A stretch of DNA of 64,000 nucleotides, taken from an uncultured Acidobacteriota bacterium. Its GTDB lineage: Bacteria; Acidobacteriota; JAQAZP01. Made by a program: the position numbers and the translations under genes. Under the pieces are notes generated by a model. That model was given only the letters and a program-made list of their open reading frames with translations. It ran no database searches and was not told the origin of the DNA. Positions 61,194-64,000 of the stretch are shown piece by piece; positions within the stretch are counted from its first letter, which is position 1, and every line of letters starts with the position of its first letter. The DNA lies in contig CAWIIB010000001.1 of assembly GCA_963836075.1 (NCBI GenBank), forward strand, positions 1,440,001 to 1,504,000. The letters run 5' to 3'.

Positions 61194-61650
61194 GGCTGAA
61201 AATCCTCCCCCATATGGTCGGTCAGATGAACTTCACGGTGGCACAAGAAATTCTGCGGAAAAAAACATGGATCAGTTCCAGTTATCTTATCGGCAATATA
61301 GTGATGAATCAGTTATAAAGCAAGGCGTTACGCGGACATAGCCCGTGTCTCTGCCTGGGCAAACGCCTCCGGGTCCCGGCCATGGGCCTGCTCGAACAGG
61401 GGAATCCGCTTCTGGTTGCTGTTGCACATGGAGACGCCAATGACGACGAAGAGCAGCGAGGCCTTGAGACCCAATAGATTTTGCACAAACCATCAGATTC
61501 GTCGTTTAACCAAGTACAGCGTGGTCAGCGGCTGACACGTTGGGGCCGACAAGCTACGGAGAGGCTGCAGGTCGGGAGGCTCGGCAGCCGAACCAAAATC
61601 GAAAATGACAAGTTCCAGTTCGCGGGAACCTTTTGCATACGGTGTTTCCC

Positions 61651-62856
61651 ATGAGCGACCAAATCCCAGAATGCCCCACCTGCCACCGGGTGAATTCCTC
61701 AGGCGCCAACTACTGCAGTCAATGCGCCACCCCCATTTCCCGGGCGGACGATCTGACCGCTGACGATATGACGATGGCGGAGGAGGCCGTCAATGAGCTC
61801 ACACCCGGCAGCACCTTCGCCGGGAGATACCTGATCATCGAGGAGTTGGGCTGTGGCGGGATGGGCAGGGTGTACAAGGCCATCGACAGAATCGTTAATG
61901 AGAAGGTGGCGTTGAAACTGGTCAGAGCCGGAGTCTCCAGCCAGGCGACGATTATCCAGCGGTTCGCCAACGAACTGAAGGTCACCCGGCATATCATCCA
62001 CAAGAATGTCGGACGGATGTACGATATCAACCAGGAGGCGGGAACCCACTACATCACCATGGAATTCGTCTCCGGCCAGGATCTCACCGGTTTGCTCCGG
62101 CAGGCGGGGCAACTGACCATCGAATCGACCATTTCCATCGCCAGGCAGGCGTGCCTGGGGCTGGCTGAAGCGCACCGCCTGGGCGTGGTGCACCGTGACT
62201 TGAAACCGAGCAATATCATGATCGACGCGGGGGGGAATGTCCGGATCATCGATTTCGGCATTGCGCGCTCCCCGGAGGCCACCGACATTATGCTGGAGGG
62301 CCGATTGATCGGTACCCCCAACTACATGTCCCCCGAACAGGCACAGGGCGGTGAGGTCGATCATCTCTCTGATATATATTCACTCGGCACGATTCTCTTT
62401 GAGATGTTGACCGGACGGCTTCCTTTCAAGGGTAAAACACCCTCTGACGTGGTCAGAATGCATATCAGCGAGTTGCCGCCCGATCCCAGGGAGATCAACC
62501 CCCTCATCCCCGAGTACCTGGGCAAGGTCGTTCTGAATTGCATGGAGAAGGAGAAAAATAAGCGGTATCAGTCGACGCTCGAGCTTTCCATCGCGCTGGA
62601 GCCGCCAGACGCCCTCGGAAAGCGCGAAAGAAATATGGATCGGGAGTATTTTTACGATGAACAGCGCTCATCCCTGACCGTGACCGATTGCTCTCCCCTG
62701 GGTGTTGGAAAACCGGCCGGATTACCTCATGCAGGACAGCGCAAGGGGCGCTCCTTGAAAAGTGGGGACAGGCAAAATCAACCGCCCGGGCTGATATGCG
62801 ACGGGTGGGCCATCGCACAACCTCACATCGAGTGCCCCGCCCCCGGCCGACGATGA
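61651..62856 (+). CDS. Zinc-ribbon + Ser/Thr protein kinase, apparently truncated after the kinase domain
   Basis: CPTC..N...NYCSQC, GGMGRVYKA, HRDLKPSN, DFGIAR and GTPNYMSPEQ motifs. Non-descript tail after about 62600. Confidence 0.8.
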   Translation: MSDQIPECPTCHRVNSSGANYCSQCATPISRADDLTADDMTMAEEAVNELTPGSTFAGRYLIIEELGCGGMGRVYKAIDRIVNEKVALKLVRAGVSSQATIIQRFANELKVTRHIIHKNVGRMYDINQEAGTHYITMEFVSGQDLTGLLRQAGQLTIESTISIARQACLGLAEAHRLGVVHRDLKPSNIMIDAGGNVRIIDFGIARSPEATDIMLEGRLIGTPNYMSPEQAQGGEVDHLSDIYSLGTILFEMLTGRLPFKGKTPSDVVRMHISELPPDPREINPLIPEYLGKVVLNCMEKEKNKRYQSTLELSIALEPPDALGKRERNMDREYFYDEQRSSLTVTDCSPLGVGKPAGLPHAGQRKGRSLKSGDRQNQPPGLICDGWAIAQPHIECPAPGRR

Positions 62857-62925
62857 GAGTCGTTCGTAACCAGTTGCGCTGGGGGGCCGTGAACAGTCGC
62901 TGGCGGGATACACGATTTCCTGGTC

Positions 62926-64000
62926 TTAGCGAGCGGCAGCTATTCCCCACAGGGAGCAATTGTCAGTGTCCGTGGTTCCCGAGGGCGGTCGTGGTGGCTG
63001 GTTGTACGGTGGCGGGGTAATGTCCTCCATGGTCAATGTTCCCACATTTTCTCCCACCAGATGGTTGTTGCGGGGCACAAGGCAATTGAAAGAGCGTGTA
63101 ACCGTGCCCTGGGGCGGAACCTGGACAACGCCGCTGCGAAAGTTGTCAATGATCTTGCCACTGGCCAGTTCCCAGTCCAGCTGACCGGCAAATATCCGGC
63201 CGTAATCGATCTGGTTGGTCACCGAGATGTTTATCTGGGTCATGAAGGGCAGGGTCCCCGAAGAAGGTGTGCAGGCCAACCCGGCGGAAAAGACCACCTG
63301 CTCGCCCTGGAAAAGGTAGACCTTGGCGTCGATGGCGCCGATAACCACATCGGGCAGCCCATCCAGTGTCCAGTCGCAGACAAAAGGTCGAGAGCGACCC
63401 GACTCCAGAAGAATTGGCACCCCATCGGCTTCCACTTCCTCATACCCGGAAAAGGCGGGGTCTGCATCGGTCCAGATATTGGCATAGAAAAGCAGCTGCC
63501 CCTCGGTGTTCCCGGCAAGCAGGTCCTTCCTTCCGTCGTTGTCGAAATCACCGATGACGGGGCTGGAACGGTTGGCTTCCACGATCAGGTCCGCGCCGTC
63601 CGCCTGGGCGTAGGTTTCCTCGAGATAGACGGGAGCGGTGTCAGTGCCTTCGTTGATAAACACATGGATCAGGCCGGCGTAGGACCCGCTCACCAGATCG
63701 CGCTTTCCGTCATTGTTCCAATCAACGATTGTGGGGGTCGCGCGATCGCCCACGTCAATGTCCGTGGTGAGAGGGGGCTGTCCCAGCTGGAGCCGGACTC
63801 CGCCGTCGAAGGTTGGCTCCGTATCGCTGCCCACATTCAGATAAATTTTCACGTTCCCATGGGAGGTGCCCATCAGCAGGTCCTTTTTGTCATCATCATC
63901 CCAGTAAACGACGCGGGGAAAGAGGCCCATGCAGCCCACGGCAATCTCGGTCAGGTCCTGGCCCTCTGACTGGGCAAAGAAGAAATCAGCAAAATCAGGC
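62926..64000 (-). CDS. FG-GAP/VCBS repeat protein with variant shared C-terminal domain (5' end outside window)
   Basis: DW.NDG..DL..G repeats. CTD ACTPSSGTLPF...EDITPPPYNQPPRPPSGTTDTDNC. Frame open to 64000. Confidence 0.88.
   Translation of the reverse strand, partial: PDFADFFFAQSEGQDLTEIAVGCMGLFPRVVYWDDDDKKDLLMGTSHGNVKIYLNVGSDTEPTFDGGVRLQLGQPPLTTDIDVGDRATPTIVDWNNDGKRDLVSGSYAGLIHVFINEGTDTAPVYLEETYAQADGADLIVEANRSSPVIGDFDNDGRKDLLAGNTEGQLLFYANIWTDADPAFSGYEEVEADGVPILLESGRSRPFVCDWTLDGLPDVVIGAIDAKVYLFQGEQVVFSAGLACTPSSGTLPFMTQINISVTNQIDYGRIFAGQLDWELASGKIIDNFRSGVVQVPPQGTVTRSFNCLVPRNNHLVGENVGTLTMEDITPPPYNQPPRPPSGTTDTDNCSLWGIAAAR

Larger units (their letters stand above)
26417..64000. mobile_element. 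Composite genomic island downstream of tRNA-Asn (several tandem segments)
   Basis: Recurrent tRNA 3'-end copies, recombinase and IS remnants, frameshifted genes, lower-GC spacers and accessory cargo. Right end not defined. Confidence 0.7.

Noticed and set aside
61512-61593. c-di-GMP-I (GEMM)-like riboswitch upstream of the kinase
   Set aside because: GTACA...GGGCCGACAAGCTACGG...GGCAGCCG is reminiscent, but there is no GNRA loop, no CTAA receptor and no 3' P1 strand. It would need a cmscan hit.
26417-64000. CRISPR array, prophage or DGR in the island
   Set aside because: No regularly spaced repeats, cas genes, phage structural genes or reverse transcriptase. The repeat differences are not adenine-specific.

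Overview
GC-rich bacterial chromosome segment. The gene styles (Oar-like TonB receptor, ECF/STK pair, GT-C/TPR proteins, mglBA after recR) suggest Acidobacteriota or a related lineage, but this is inference. Bases 1-26.4 kb are core genome: thiC (partial), a polyferredoxin membrane protein, def, an MBL hydrolase, split transketolase, yitJ, a sulfatase-like protein, two GT-C/TPR glycosyltransferase-like proteins, a LUD protein, two radical SAM enzymes, PilZ-like and STAS proteins, tRNA-Arg-tadA-2x tRNA-Ser-large SRP RNA-dnaX-ybaB-recR-mglB-mglA, and tRNA-Asn. Everything after tRNA-Asn (26.4-64 kb) looks like an accreted island. The tRNA 3' end (GGGGAGCCA) recurs at 31864, 42857 and 51115, and degenerately at about 62889. 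Two of these copies end homologous 90-bp blocks, and one abuts a serine recombinase remnant. The cargo includes five unrelated secreted proteins that all end in the same ~120-aa two-Cys C-terminal domain (C-x-P-x-SG...EDxTPxP[YF]NQPP[YR]PxxGxT...C), two of which also share a duplicated leader plus signal peptide. It also includes an ECF sigma/Ser-Thr kinase pair, a Fic protein, an SPFH operon, and a TonB receptor-cyanophycinase-YfcC-M14 peptidase cluster that looks like a cyanophycin-scavenging locus.
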